From: a virus
Lineage: Duplodnaviria > Caudoviricetes
DNA length: 38,099 nt
IMG/VR virus record: IMGVR_UViG_3300028188_000468
Coordinates: 1-38,099 of that record
Strand: one strand, 5' to 3'
Shown here: in pieces, positions 38,043-38,099 of the stretch
Layout: every line of letters begins with the position of its first letter
Numbering within the stretch: position 1 is the first letter of the stretch
Notes under the pieces: generated by a model
What the model was told of the DNA's origin: nothing
Seen by the model: only the letters and a program-made list of their open reading frames with translations
Database searches by the model: none
Translations under genes and position numbers: made by a program

Positions 38043-38099
38043 GTGGAAAATGCGTGTCCTTGTTTCGTGATATAGGCGACCATTGAACCGCCTGTTTTC
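38000..38099 (-). mobile_element. Probable terminal inverted repeat and end of an IS3-family insertion sequence
   Basis: TGCGCCTACCCCCAATCTTAGACCA at 38000 resembles IS3-family ends (TG..C-run..GACCA). A minus-strand frame ...KTGGSMVAYITKQGHAFST* stops about 40 nt inside it, as a transposase C-terminus would. Confidence 0.55.

Overview
Positions 1-4915 are bacterial signalling and accessory genes: a 5'-partial hybrid sensor kinase (SBP-TM-PAS-PAS-HisKA-HATPase-REC), an AT-rich operon of a small ORF plus an SDH-family Clp-fold serine protease behind a good sigma54-type promoter, and a stand-alone receiver protein. The gene style suggests a Desulfobacterota host (inference). From 5410 to 38042 runs one co-directional, tightly packed podovirus-like late operon: DUF5675 and a membrane protein (probable lysis), TerS, TerL, P22-like portal, very acidic scaffold, N4-gp56/DUF4043-type major capsid, cement protein, adaptor, nozzle, a large tail/fibre block, coiled-coil ejection proteins and an 1843-aa polyvalent protein (ddrB-ParB, JAB/RadC and GP88-like Cys-rich domains). 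That last gene appears cut at 38000 by an IS3-family end. No integrase, repressor, replication gene or att site is visible, and the operon starts directly after host genes. It is therefore either the late half of a prophage or a domesticated, GTA-like particle system. Other notable patterns are an apparently split nozzle whose halves share a ~19-aa acidic repeat with three other tail genes, tandem paralogous tail proteins, and a C-terminal motif shared by two ejection proteins. All family assignments come from recognising motifs by eye; no searches were run.
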